NCBI GenBank assembly: GCA_964291295.2
Contig: OZ219754.1
Coordinates: 2,784,001-2,848,000, forward strand
Origin: an uncultured Candidatus Binatia bacterium
GTDB lineage: Bacteria > Desulfobacterota > Binatia > UBA9968 > JAJDTQ01
Reading direction: 5' to 3'
DNA: 64,000 nt
The notes beneath the pieces were generated by a model. It saw only the letters and a program-made list of their open reading frames with translations, made no database searches and was not told the origin of the DNA. The translations under genes and the position numbers were made by a program. Positions 46,690 to 55,011 of this stretch are shown here, in pieces (the stretch's first letter is position 1; every line of letters starts with the position of its first letter).

Positions 46690-47966
46690 CCGCGAGGTTC
46701 CGCCCCGTGACGGAGCTGCCGGCACACCAGTCGGAGACTGCGCGCCAACACCTCCGTGTCGGCATCGGCCACGTGGCGGGCGCGGCGCCCCATGGCCGCA
46801 CAGCGCGCCCGGTCGGAGAGAAGCGCGCTCACCTCCCGAACCAGCGCGTCACGCCCATCCACCTCGACGCCGCCGCCCTGCCGCAACAACTTCCGCGCCG
46901 TCTCGGCAATATTGGAACGATACCGCCCGAACAGCACGGGCTTGCCCCAGCGCGCCGGTTCGACGAGGTTGTGGCCACCCACAGGCACCATGCTCCCGCC
47001 CACGAAGGCAACGTCGGCACAACCGTAATAGCGCGGCAACTCACCCAGGGTGTCCAGCAGCAGCACCGGGCAGTCCCCCGCTGCCGCACCGCCCGCTGCG
47101 CTGCGCTTGCGGTAGCGCCACCCGCATTCCCGAAGCAGCCGCTCGACGGCACCAAACCGTTCCGGATGCCTCGGGGCCAGAATCAGCAGAAGGCCCGGAT
47201 GCCGGCGGCGCCACTCGGAAAGAGCGTCCAGCAGGATTTCCTCCTCGCCGGCGTGGGTGCTCCCCGCCACCACCACCGACCGCGGCCGGCCGCCGAGGTC
47301 CGGCAGCGGCGCCGCGGCCGCTTCGGCATGCTTGAGAGAGCCCGTCACCGTCACCTTGAGCGGGTCCACGCCCAGGGCCAGCATCCGCCCGGCGTTCTCG
47401 TCGTCCTGCATGCCGAAGCCGGCAACCCGGTCCAGCACCGGCCTGAAGAGCGCCCGAAAACGTGCGTACATCCGCGCGCCCCGGGGCGACAGGCGACCGC
47501 TGAGGACCAGCGTGGGGGTTCCCCATCGATGGGAGGCGCGAATGAAGTTCGGCCATATCTCCGTCTCCAGCAGGATGATGAGCTCCGGACGAAGCCGGCG
47601 CAGGCTTCGGGAAACCAGCCACGGCAGGTCCAGCGGGAGATAGGTCACGCCGTCGATGTCGGGCAGGGCGTCCCGGACCGTGCGGTGTCCGGTAACGGTG
47701 ACTGTGGAAACGAGCAGCTTGCGGTCCGGCCACTTCGTCTTCATCCGCCGCACCAGCGGCGCGGCGGAGCGCACCTCGCCCACGGAGGCGGCGTGGATCC
47801 AGATGGGACGGCCACCCGCGAGTGCGGCCAGCAGCTCCGGAGGATAGGCGGCAAGGCGCTCGCGCAGCCCCGCGAAGACGCTCCGGCGCCACAGGAACGC
47901 CAAAGGCCAAGCCAGCAGCGCGACAAGCAGCCCCGCATGCAAGACCGCATTGTAGAGCCCGAGCAC
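46686..47966 (-). CDS. waaA: Kdo transferase
   Basis: WIHAASVGE, ETEIWPN, AGSTH, APRHPER, DTLGEL, GGHNLVEP. Confidence 0.95.
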   Translation of the reverse strand: MLGLYNAVLHAGLLVALLAWPLAFLWRRSVFAGLRERLAAYPPELLAALAGGRPIWIHAASVGEVRSAAPLVRRMKTKWPDRKLLVSTVTVTGHRTVRDALPDIDGVTYLPLDLPWLVSRSLRRLRPELIILLETEIWPNFIRASHRWGTPTLVLSGRLSPRGARMYARFRALFRPVLDRVAGFGMQDDENAGRMLALGVDPLKVTVTGSLKHAEAAAAPLPDLGGRPRSVVVAGSTHAGEEEILLDALSEWRRRHPGLLLILAPRHPERFGAVERLLRECGWRYRKRSAAGGAAAGDCPVLLLDTLGELPRYYGCADVAFVGGSMVPVGGHNLVEPARWGKPVLFGRYRSNIAETARKLLRQGGGVEVDGRDALVREVSALLSDRARCAAMGRRARHVADADTEVLARSLRLVCRQLRHGAEPRG

Positions 47967-47970
47967 CGGC

Positions 47971-49713
47971 CTACGCCTCCGTGGAAAGACCTTCGCCGAC
48001 GGCCTGAAGACCGTAGAGGCGGCGATATTCTCTTTGCCTGGCCAGGAGCTCGGCATGGGTGCCTTCTTCCACGATGGTTCCCTTGGCCAGCACGACGATG
48101 CGGGTGGCGTTGCGGACGGTGGACAGCCGGTGAGCGATGACCACGCTCGTGCGGTTCTTCATGAGGGCTTCAAGGGCATCCTGGACCGATCGCTCCGACT
48201 CCGAGTCGAGAGCGGACGTCGCTTCGTCGAGGATCAGTATGGGGGCGTTCTTGAGCACCGCCCGCGCGATGGCGATGCGTTGCCGCTGCCCGCCGGAGAG
48301 TTTCAGGCCAAGCTCGCCGATGACCGTATCGTAGCCGGCCGGCAGCGCAGTGATGAAGTCATGGGCATGGGCGGCCTTGGCAGCCATCACCACGTCGTCC
48401 ATGTGCCGGGTCGGGTCGCCGTAGGAAATGTTGTTTCGCACGCTGTCGTTGAAGAGAAACGTGTGCTGGGTCACGATTCCGATCTGCCGCCGGAGCGACT
48501 CCAGGGACAGCTTCCGGATGTCCACGCCATCCAGGGCGATGCTGCCCGAGGTGACATCGTAGAACCGCGGAATCAACGCCGACAAGGTGGTCTTGCCGGC
48601 TCCGCTCATGCCCACCAGCGCCACCGTCTCGCCGCGGCGGACCTCCAGATTGATACCGGTCAACACCGGCTCCTTCCGGTAGCCGAATCCGACATCGCGG
48701 AAGGCGATACGGTCCGAGAAAGGCGCGGCGGGAACGGCGTCCGGAGCGTCGGCAATATCCAGGGGGGCGTCCAGGACATCGAAGATCCGGTCCCCTCCGG
48801 CGATGCCCTGATAGATTTCCGGAAAGGTCCGGCCGAGGTGCTTGACCGGCTCGTATACCAGGAACACGGCGGTGAGAAACGCAAAGAACTCGCCCGCCGT
48901 ACGTCCGCCGTCCATGACCGCGTTGCCGCCGTACCACAGGACCCCGACGATCCCCAATCCCGCCAGCAACTCCATCGCCGAGGGAATCATGGCTCTGGCG
49001 CGGCTGGCCTTCATGGTGTGGCGCAGAATATCACGGTTCTCCCGGTTGAACCGTTCGAGCTCGTAACGCTCCATCCCGAAGGCCTTCACGATGGAACTGC
49101 CCTGAAGGCTCTCCTGAAGAATCGCCGCCATGGTGCCGGTGCTGGCCTGACTTCTTCGGGTCGCCCGTCGGATGCGGCGGGTGAGTCGCCTGACGGGAAG
49201 GACCGAGCCGGGAAATGCCACGAAGGCGATGGTGGCCAGCAGCCAGTCCATGTAGAAGGCCACCGCCGTCAACGCCACCACCGAAGTGCTGTTGCGCGCC
49301 ACCGACGCGACCGAACTGGTGAGGGCGACCCGCACCAGCGTCACATCGCTGGTCACCCTGGAAAGCAGCGTGCCCGTGGGGTGCCGGTAGATGTACGCCA
49401 GCGACAGCCATTGCAGCCGCTCGCACATGGCCGACCGCAGGTCGCGAACGATCCGCTGGCCAACATGTTCCATCAGGTAGACTTGGCCGAAATTGCAGGC
49501 GCCGCGAATGCCGAACACCAGCAGCACCGTGACAAGGATGTATCCCAGCCTGGCGCGGTCCTGGCTCCCGAACACGTCGTCCACCATGTCCCGAACCAGA
49601 AAGGGCATGGCCGCCGTGGTGGCGCTGTACCACAGCATGCAGAGTACGGCGCCGCAGAAATGCGGCCACAGGTAGGGGCGCAGGTACTGAAGCAGACGCC
49701 GGTAGATGCTCAT
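47971..49713 (-). CDS. msbA: lipid A export ABC transporter
   Basis: TM domain plus GMSGAGKT, LSGGQRQR, DEATSALD; position in the lipid A operon. Confidence 0.9.
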   Translation of the reverse strand: MSIYRRLLQYLRPYLWPHFCGAVLCMLWYSATTAAMPFLVRDMVDDVFGSQDRARLGYILVTVLLVFGIRGACNFGQVYLMEHVGQRIVRDLRSAMCERLQWLSLAYIYRHPTGTLLSRVTSDVTLVRVALTSSVASVARNSTSVVALTAVAFYMDWLLATIAFVAFPGSVLPVRRLTRRIRRATRRSQASTGTMAAILQESLQGSSIVKAFGMERYELERFNRENRDILRHTMKASRARAMIPSAMELLAGLGIVGVLWYGGNAVMDGGRTAGEFFAFLTAVFLVYEPVKHLGRTFPEIYQGIAGGDRIFDVLDAPLDIADAPDAVPAAPFSDRIAFRDVGFGYRKEPVLTGINLEVRRGETVALVGMSGAGKTTLSALIPRFYDVTSGSIALDGVDIRKLSLESLRRQIGIVTQHTFLFNDSVRNNISYGDPTRHMDDVVMAAKAAHAHDFITALPAGYDTVIGELGLKLSGGQRQRIAIARAVLKNAPILILDEATSALDSESERSVQDALEALMKNRTSVVIAHRLSTVRNATRIVVLAKGTIVEEGTHAELLARQREYRRLYGLQAVGEGLSTEA

Positions 49714-50888
49714 TGCGGTGCCCGGGTGTCGGACTGCGCCAACAGGGCCATGGCCATGTCGGCCACGCGCGCCGGAGCGCCCGGAGGTCCCAGCCGCTCC
49801 CGCACCGCCTCAAGCCTGCGTACCACGGCGCCGCGCACTTCCGGCTCCAGCATGCGCCGGGTTTCCGCCAGGATGCGCTCCGCCGTCACCTCGTTCTGGA
49901 TCAGCTCCGGCACCACCCGTTCGCCCGCGATGATATTGACCATGCCGATGTGATCCACGCGGACCAGCAGACGCCCGATCCAGTAGCTCAAGGGTGACAG
50001 GCGGTAGGTGATCACCATGGGTTTCCCGAGCAGCCCCGCTTCCAGCGTGGCCGTGCCGGAAGCCACCCACACCAGATCCGCCGCCGCCAGCATGTCGTAC
50101 GTGCCGCCCTCGGCGATGCGGACGGTGACGGGCGATCCGGCGATGGCCCGTTCCAGTCCGCTCCGCTCGATGGTGCTGGCGCGTATCAGCAGGAACTGCG
50201 CGTCGCGTTCCCGGGCCAGGCGGCGGGCGGCCTCGAGCATGGGGTCCAGGAGCGCGGCAACCTCCTTCCCCCGGCTTCCGGGCATGACCGCCACCGTGAG
50301 CTTCTCCGGGTCCAGTGCCACGGACCGAAGACTGGTCTCGCGGTCCCGCCGCGGCTTCACCACGTCCACCAGGGGATGCCCCACGAAGGCGGCTCCGGCA
50401 ACGCCGAACGCCCTGTAGAGGTCGGCCTCGAAGGGAAAAACGACGGCCAGCGCATCCACGTTCGACGCCACCTGCCGGATGCGGTACCCGCGCCACGCCC
50501 ATATCTGCGGGCCGATGTAGTACAGAACGGCGATGCCGTGGCGGCGCGCCAGCCGCGCCAGCCGCATGTTGAATTCCGGAAAGTCGATGAGGATGAGCAA
50601 GGCCGGCCGCACCTCCAGGAGCAGCCGGCGCAACATCCGGTAGGCACGCCAGATGTGACGAAGATTGCCGGCAAGCTCCGAGAAACCCACGCTCGCGACT
50701 CTCGCGATATCGTGGACGACCCGCATGCCCGCTTGCCGGAGGTTGACTCCGCCCATGCCGAAAAACTCCGCCGAGGGCTCCCGTTGCCGCAGATGGTGCA
50801 CCAACTCCGCGCCCCGGGCATCTCCCGACGCCTCTCCCGCCACCAGCATGATGTCCAATGGCCGCCGCACTGCCGAATGACGGGCCAT
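49710..50888 (-). CDS. lpxB: lipid-A-disaccharide synthase
   Basis: AGEASGD, IDFPEFN, PQIWAWR, FVGHPL, PGSR, SGTATLE, VPELIQ. Confidence 0.95.
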   Translation of the reverse strand: MARHSAVRRPLDIMLVAGEASGDARGAELVHHLRQREPSAEFFGMGGVNLRQAGMRVVHDIARVASVGFSELAGNLRHIWRAYRMLRRLLLEVRPALLILIDFPEFNMRLARLARRHGIAVLYYIGPQIWAWRGYRIRQVASNVDALAVVFPFEADLYRAFGVAGAAFVGHPLVDVVKPRRDRETSLRSVALDPEKLTVAVMPGSRGKEVAALLDPMLEAARRLARERDAQFLLIRASTIERSGLERAIAGSPVTVRIAEGGTYDMLAAADLVWVASGTATLEAGLLGKPMVITYRLSPLSYWIGRLLVRVDHIGMVNIIAGERVVPELIQNEVTAERILAETRRMLEPEVRGAVVRRLEAVRERLGPPGAPARVADMAMALLAQSDTRAPQ

Positions 50889-51820
50889 TACAGCCGCTCA
50901 CTGATCGCCGACGCAATCTCCAGCGCGTGCAACCCGTCCTCGCCGCTCACCAGAGGGCTCTTGCGGGTGGCCACCGACTCCAGAAACGATTCAATCTGGT
51001 CCCGCAGAGCGTCGCCATCCTCGGCGGCGATCATCTCCCCCCGAATCCCCGCCCAGCCCCGGCTCCGGTCCTCCACCCGGTAGACCTCGGCCGTCTTGGC
51101 GCCGTAGTCCAGGGAGATATAGGTGTCCGACTGGAAGAACCGTATCTTCCGCTCGCGTTTCATCGACACCCGGCTGGCGGTCACGTTGGCCACGCAACCG
51201 TCCTCGAAGCGAATGCGCGCATTGGCGATGTCCGGTCTGTCCGTGAGCACGGCAACCCCGTTGGCGTCAATGGCGGCTATGGGCGCACGGACCAGGCTGG
51301 CGATGACGTCGATGTCGTGGATCATCAGGTCGAGCACCACGTCCACATCCGTACCCCGGGTCACGAACGGTGCCAGCCGGTGGCACTCGACGAACCTGGG
51401 CTCCAGGATGAACCGGGTGAGTTCGCGTACCACCGGATTGAAGCGTTCGAGGTGACCTACCTGGAGGATGCGGCCGTTTCGCCGCGCCAGATCCACCAGC
51501 TTCCGTCCGTCCGCCACCGAGTCCGTAATGGGCTTCTCCACCAGCACATCGACACCGGCGGCCAGGCAGTCCCGGGCCACCCGGCCGTGTTGCCGCGTGG
51601 GTACCGCGATGCTGACGCAGCGGACCCTGTCCAGCAGCTCCCGATAGTCCGCCACCGCGGGCGCCTGATAGCGCTCGCCCGCCTCCCGGGCCCGTGCCTC
51701 GTCGATATCGGCCACGCCCACCAGCCTGGCGACCGGTGACGCGGCGTACTTGGCCGCGTGCAGGCTGCCCGCGTACCCGACTCCAATCACTCCAACCGCG
51801 ATGGGCTCCGTTATCGTCAT
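50888..51820 (-). CDS. Gfo/Idh/MocA oxidoreductase (GnnA-like)
   Basis: GVIGVG, VEKP, VGHLERFNP, DLMIHDID, TASRVS; located between lpxI and lpxB. Confidence 0.85.
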   Translation of the reverse strand: MTITEPIAVGVIGVGYAGSLHAAKYAASPVARLVGVADIDEARAREAGERYQAPAVADYRELLDRVRCVSIAVPTRQHGRVARDCLAAGVDVLVEKPITDSVADGRKLVDLARRNGRILQVGHLERFNPVVRELTRFILEPRFVECHRLAPFVTRGTDVDVVLDLMIHDIDVIASLVRAPIAAIDANGVAVLTDRPDIANARIRFEDGCVANVTASRVSMKRERKIRFFQSDTYISLDYGAKTAEVYRVEDRSRGWAGIRGEMIAAEDGDALRDQIESFLESVATRKSPLVSGEDGLHALEIASAISERL

Positions 51821-52641
51821 TCCGGTTCCGGGGCCAGCGCCACCACGGCCAGACCTGCGTCATCCGCCGCCGCCAGCAACGCCTCCTTCTCCAACAGGAT
51901 GGATCGTCCCGCCTCCACCGCCAGCACCCCTCCCCCGGCACGCCTCAGGGTCTCGATGGTTCCGGGACCGATGGCGGGCATGTCAAAGCGCAGATCCTGG
52001 TGCGGCTTGCTCATCTTCACCACCACCACCGGACCTTCCGCCAGTGCGCCGGCGCGGCGAATGGCCGCATCCGTGCCTTCGATGGCTTCCACCGCGAGAA
52101 TCACGCCCTCCTTCAGCACCAGCGTCTGGCCGATTCCCATGCGGCCCAGCGTCTTGGTCATGGGGATGCCGAGGCGCACATCCTTCCACTGTTCCGGATC
52201 GGGCGAGGTTCGGGTAAGCACGCCCGGCTGTTGCGGGATGATCCGCTTCAGGAAAAGCGTCGACTCCAGAACGCGAATGCCCTCGCTCTCCAACTCGGCG
52301 GCCACTCCGCGCAACAATTGATCGTCGTCACGGCCCGGCGTTCGGGCCAGCAGCGCCAGCCCTCTGGCATCGGGCCGGAAATTGGAAAACAGCCGTACCT
52401 TGCGGATCCCTCCGGCCATGACGGCATGATGCACGTCCGCCTTGCGAAATGTGCGGATGATCTTTCCCAGTTGTCCGACGCGAATCCAGGTGACCTCCTC
52501 CACGAACTTCCCGATCTCTTCAGCCGTCTCGCCGCGGTGCGCCACCGCAATCACGCGGACGCCGGCCTCCCGCGCATTTCGGGCGAATATCAGCGGGAAC
52601 CGACCGCTGCCGGCAATCAGGCCGACCTTGTCGATGGTCAT
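51817..52641 (-). CDS. lpxI: UDP-2,3-diacylglucosamine hydrolase LpxI
   Basis: GLIAGSGRFP, IGQT, AVEAIEGTDAAIRR, KPHQDLRFDMPAIG. Confidence 0.92.
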   Translation of the reverse strand: MTIDKVGLIAGSGRFPLIFARNAREAGVRVIAVAHRGETAEEIGKFVEEVTWIRVGQLGKIIRTFRKADVHHAVMAGGIRKVRLFSNFRPDARGLALLARTPGRDDDQLLRGVAAELESEGIRVLESTLFLKRIIPQQPGVLTRTSPDPEQWKDVRLGIPMTKTLGRMGIGQTLVLKEGVILAVEAIEGTDAAIRRAGALAEGPVVVVKMSKPHQDLRFDMPAIGPGTIETLRRAGGGVLAVEAGRSILLEKEALLAAADDAGLAVVALAPEPE

Positions 52642-52658
52642 TTCCCGGAGTTCGCCCA

Positions 52659-52790
52659 TCAGCGGCGGATTCCTCGCCGGGAGCTCCAGCCGAATCCGAT
52701 CATCGATCCACCTCACGGGTTCGGGGGACTGCCCGAAGGACACTGTTCAAGGCGTCCTTCAAACGAAGGCTGGAGCGGAACAGCAGGACC
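52659..52790 (-). pseudogene. lpxA: lpxA remnant (C-terminal ~43 codons, frameshifted)
   Basis: LLFRSSLRLKDALNSVLRAVPRTREVDR, then after a 1-nt shift MIGFGWSSRRGIRR*, resembling the LpxA C-terminal helix; occupies the canonical lpxA slot between fabZ and lpxI. Confidence 0.72.
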
Positions 52791-52923
52791 AGGCCGCGCC
52801 TTGCCGGCATGGCGGACCAGCAAGGGGCACGCCGGTCCGGACGACAGGCTGAAGGAAGGTCCGGACGACAGTCCGGACATGCCCCCACTCGCCACCTTCC
52901 AGAGCGTCCTGCGGCGCGGGCTC

Positions 52924-53352
52924 CTAGACCGCCATCTCCATCCCGGACAGTTCCGCCTCGGCCACCTGCCTGCCGTCCACCGTCACGTGACCGGCCAGGC
53001 GCCAGTAATGTTTGCGCCGCCGGGAAACCTCCACCTCGATCCTCAACTGGTCGCCGGGCTCCACCGTTTGCTTGAACCGCACCCGGTCGAGCCCGGTCAG
53101 GACGAGGACCCTGTCCGCTTCCTGTCCGCTGCACTTGGCGAGAACCGCGCTCACCTGGGCGATGGCCTCGCAGATCAATACGCCCGGCATGACCGGCTTG
53201 TCGGGGAAATGGCCCTGAAAGAAGCCTTCGTTGATACTCACGTTCTTGATCCCCACGACACGCCGGTCGGGCTCCAGCTCCACGATCCGGTCCACCAGGA
53301 GGAAGGGATATCGATGAGGAATCAGTTTTCGTATCTCGGTGACGTCCATCAT
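52924..53352 (-). CDS. fabZ: 3-hydroxyacyl-ACP dehydratase
   Basis: PHRYPFLLVDR, FFQGHFP...MPGVLICEAIAQ, VEPGD. Confidence 0.95.
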   Translation of the reverse strand: MMDVTEIRKLIPHRYPFLLVDRIVELEPDRRVVGIKNVSINEGFFQGHFPDKPVMPGVLICEAIAQVSAVLAKCSGQEADRVLVLTGLDRVRFKQTVEPGDQLRIEVEVSRRRKHYWRLAGHVTVDGRQVAEAELSGMEMAV

Positions 53353-53413
53353 GTCTTCACGGAACTCCCCGGCGCGGCGCCTCACCAGCCCATCGTTACC
53401 GAGAGACAGCGCG

Positions 53414-54454
53414 TCAACCCTGCCGCGACGACGCGCGCATGCGTCGTTCGATGGCCGAAACCCGCCGCCACAGGGCCGGCAGTTTCGGCAGCAGCCGCAT
53501 GGTCCGAAGCCACTGACCGTGAGGCGCGGCCTCCACCAGGCCCGACAGCAGGGAGCCGGACGGAACCGACCGCATCACGTTGCTCTTCGGTCCGATGACC
53601 GACCTTGCACCGATCTCCACATGATCATTGATGCCGGCCTGCCCGGAAACCATCACATCGTCGCCCAGCACGGCACTGCCGGCGATTCCCGTCTGGGCAA
53701 CGATCAGACAGCGTTCACCAATGACCACATTGTGTCCGATCTGCACGAGATTGTCGATTTTCGTGCCGCTCCCGATCCGGGTGCTGCCAATGGTGGCCCG
53801 GTCCACGGTGGTGTTCGCGCCGATCTCCACCTTGTCGCCGATCTCCACGATACCGGCCTGGGGTATCTTGAGACGTGCCGGACCGTGCCCGGCGTAACCG
53901 AACCCGTCGCTTCCGATCACCACGCCGGCGTGGAGTATGACGCGGTCGCCGATCCGGCACCCCTCGGACACGGTCACGTTGGAATGGAGCACGCAGCCCT
54001 CGCCGACCTGTGCCCCCGCGCCGATGACCACTCCGGGCATGAGCACCGTCCCGGCGCCGACTCTGGCGTTCCGTCCGACGTAGCAGTGTGGATAGAGTGC
54101 GGCCTCCGGACCGATGACGGCGCCGGGGTCGACAACCGCCAAGGGGCTTGTGCCGGCGTCATGGACCGGCGGGGGATTGAACAGTGCGTGGATGCGGGCG
54201 AACGCGCGGTAGGGGTCGTCGACCCGCAGAAGATTCAGGACCGCGCCGGTGGCCGACTCGCCGGCCACGATAACCGCGCTGGCCTTGCAGGAAGTCAGGT
54301 GCCGCCGGTACCGCGGGCTGGCGAGAAAGGTGATATCCCCCGGACCCGCATCCTCAATGGACGACACCTTCTCGATGGTCGCGTCGGGGTCGCCGATCAC
54401 CCGTCCGCCGACCAACTCGGCGAGCTCCGCGAGCGATTTGCCTTTGCGCGTCAC
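53414..54454 (-). CDS. lpxD: UDP-3-O-acyl-glucosamine N-acyltransferase
   Basis: Hexapeptide repeats, IGSDGFGY, KIPQAG, GANTTVDR, KIDNLVQIGHNV. Confidence 0.95.
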   Translation of the reverse strand: MTRKGKSLAELAELVGGRVIGDPDATIEKVSSIEDAGPGDITFLASPRYRRHLTSCKASAVIVAGESATGAVLNLLRVDDPYRAFARIHALFNPPPVHDAGTSPLAVVDPGAVIGPEAALYPHCYVGRNARVGAGTVLMPGVVIGAGAQVGEGCVLHSNVTVSEGCRIGDRVILHAGVVIGSDGFGYAGHGPARLKIPQAGIVEIGDKVEIGANTTVDRATIGSTRIGSGTKIDNLVQIGHNVVIGERCLIVAQTGIAGSAVLGDDVMVSGQAGINDHVEIGARSVIGPKSNVMRSVPSGSLLSGLVEAAPHGQWLRTMRLLPKLPALWRRVSAIERRMRASSRQG

Positions 54455-54978
54455 CTGTCCGTGTCGGCCGGTTGGTTGTTGTAGCGTTCGTCGTAGAGGC
54501 TGATCACATTGTCCGTGATATCGGTTCCCTTGTCGGTGTAGAGCAACTGACCTCGTTCGAGGATCATGGTGAAGTTGCTCGTCCTGCCGAATTCCGCGAT
54601 GATCTTCTGCAGATCCTTGAGGATCGAGTCGGTCAACTCGCGCTCTCTGAGGGAAAGCTCCTCCCGCATGTCCCTTGAGTCGCGCTCCCAGTCTCGCACG
54701 CGAAGCTGCAGTCGCCGCTGCGCCTTGGCCCGCTCGCTGGCCTTCATCAGCAGGGCCTGCTTTTCGAGTTCGCTTTTCTGCTTCTCAATGGAGGCCCTTT
54801 CCTTTGCCAGCGCCTCCTGCCTGCGCTGGACGCTGTCCTGGAAGGCCGCGCGCGCCTCCTTGCCACGCTTCGATTCGATCATGGCCTTCTGGAGGTTCAC
54901 GAAGCCGACCTTGAGTTCCTGGCCCCACGCGGGAATGGTCGGTATCGCCAGCAGAGCAATCAACAGGACTCGAACCAC
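54451..54978 (-). CDS. skp: OmpH/Skp periplasmic chaperone
   Basis: Signal peptide, KVGFVN, coiled coil, DITDNVI. Confidence 0.9.
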   Translation of the reverse strand: MVRVLLIALLAIPTIPAWGQELKVGFVNLQKAMIESKRGKEARAAFQDSVQRRQEALAKERASIEKQKSELEKQALLMKASERAKAQRRLQLRVRDWERDSRDMREELSLRERELTDSILKDLQKIIAEFGRTSNFTMILERGQLLYTDKGTDITDNVISLYDERYNNQPADTDR

Positions 54979-55011
54979 GATATTCTCCCGGGTGCTCCGG
55001 CACCTCGCCTG

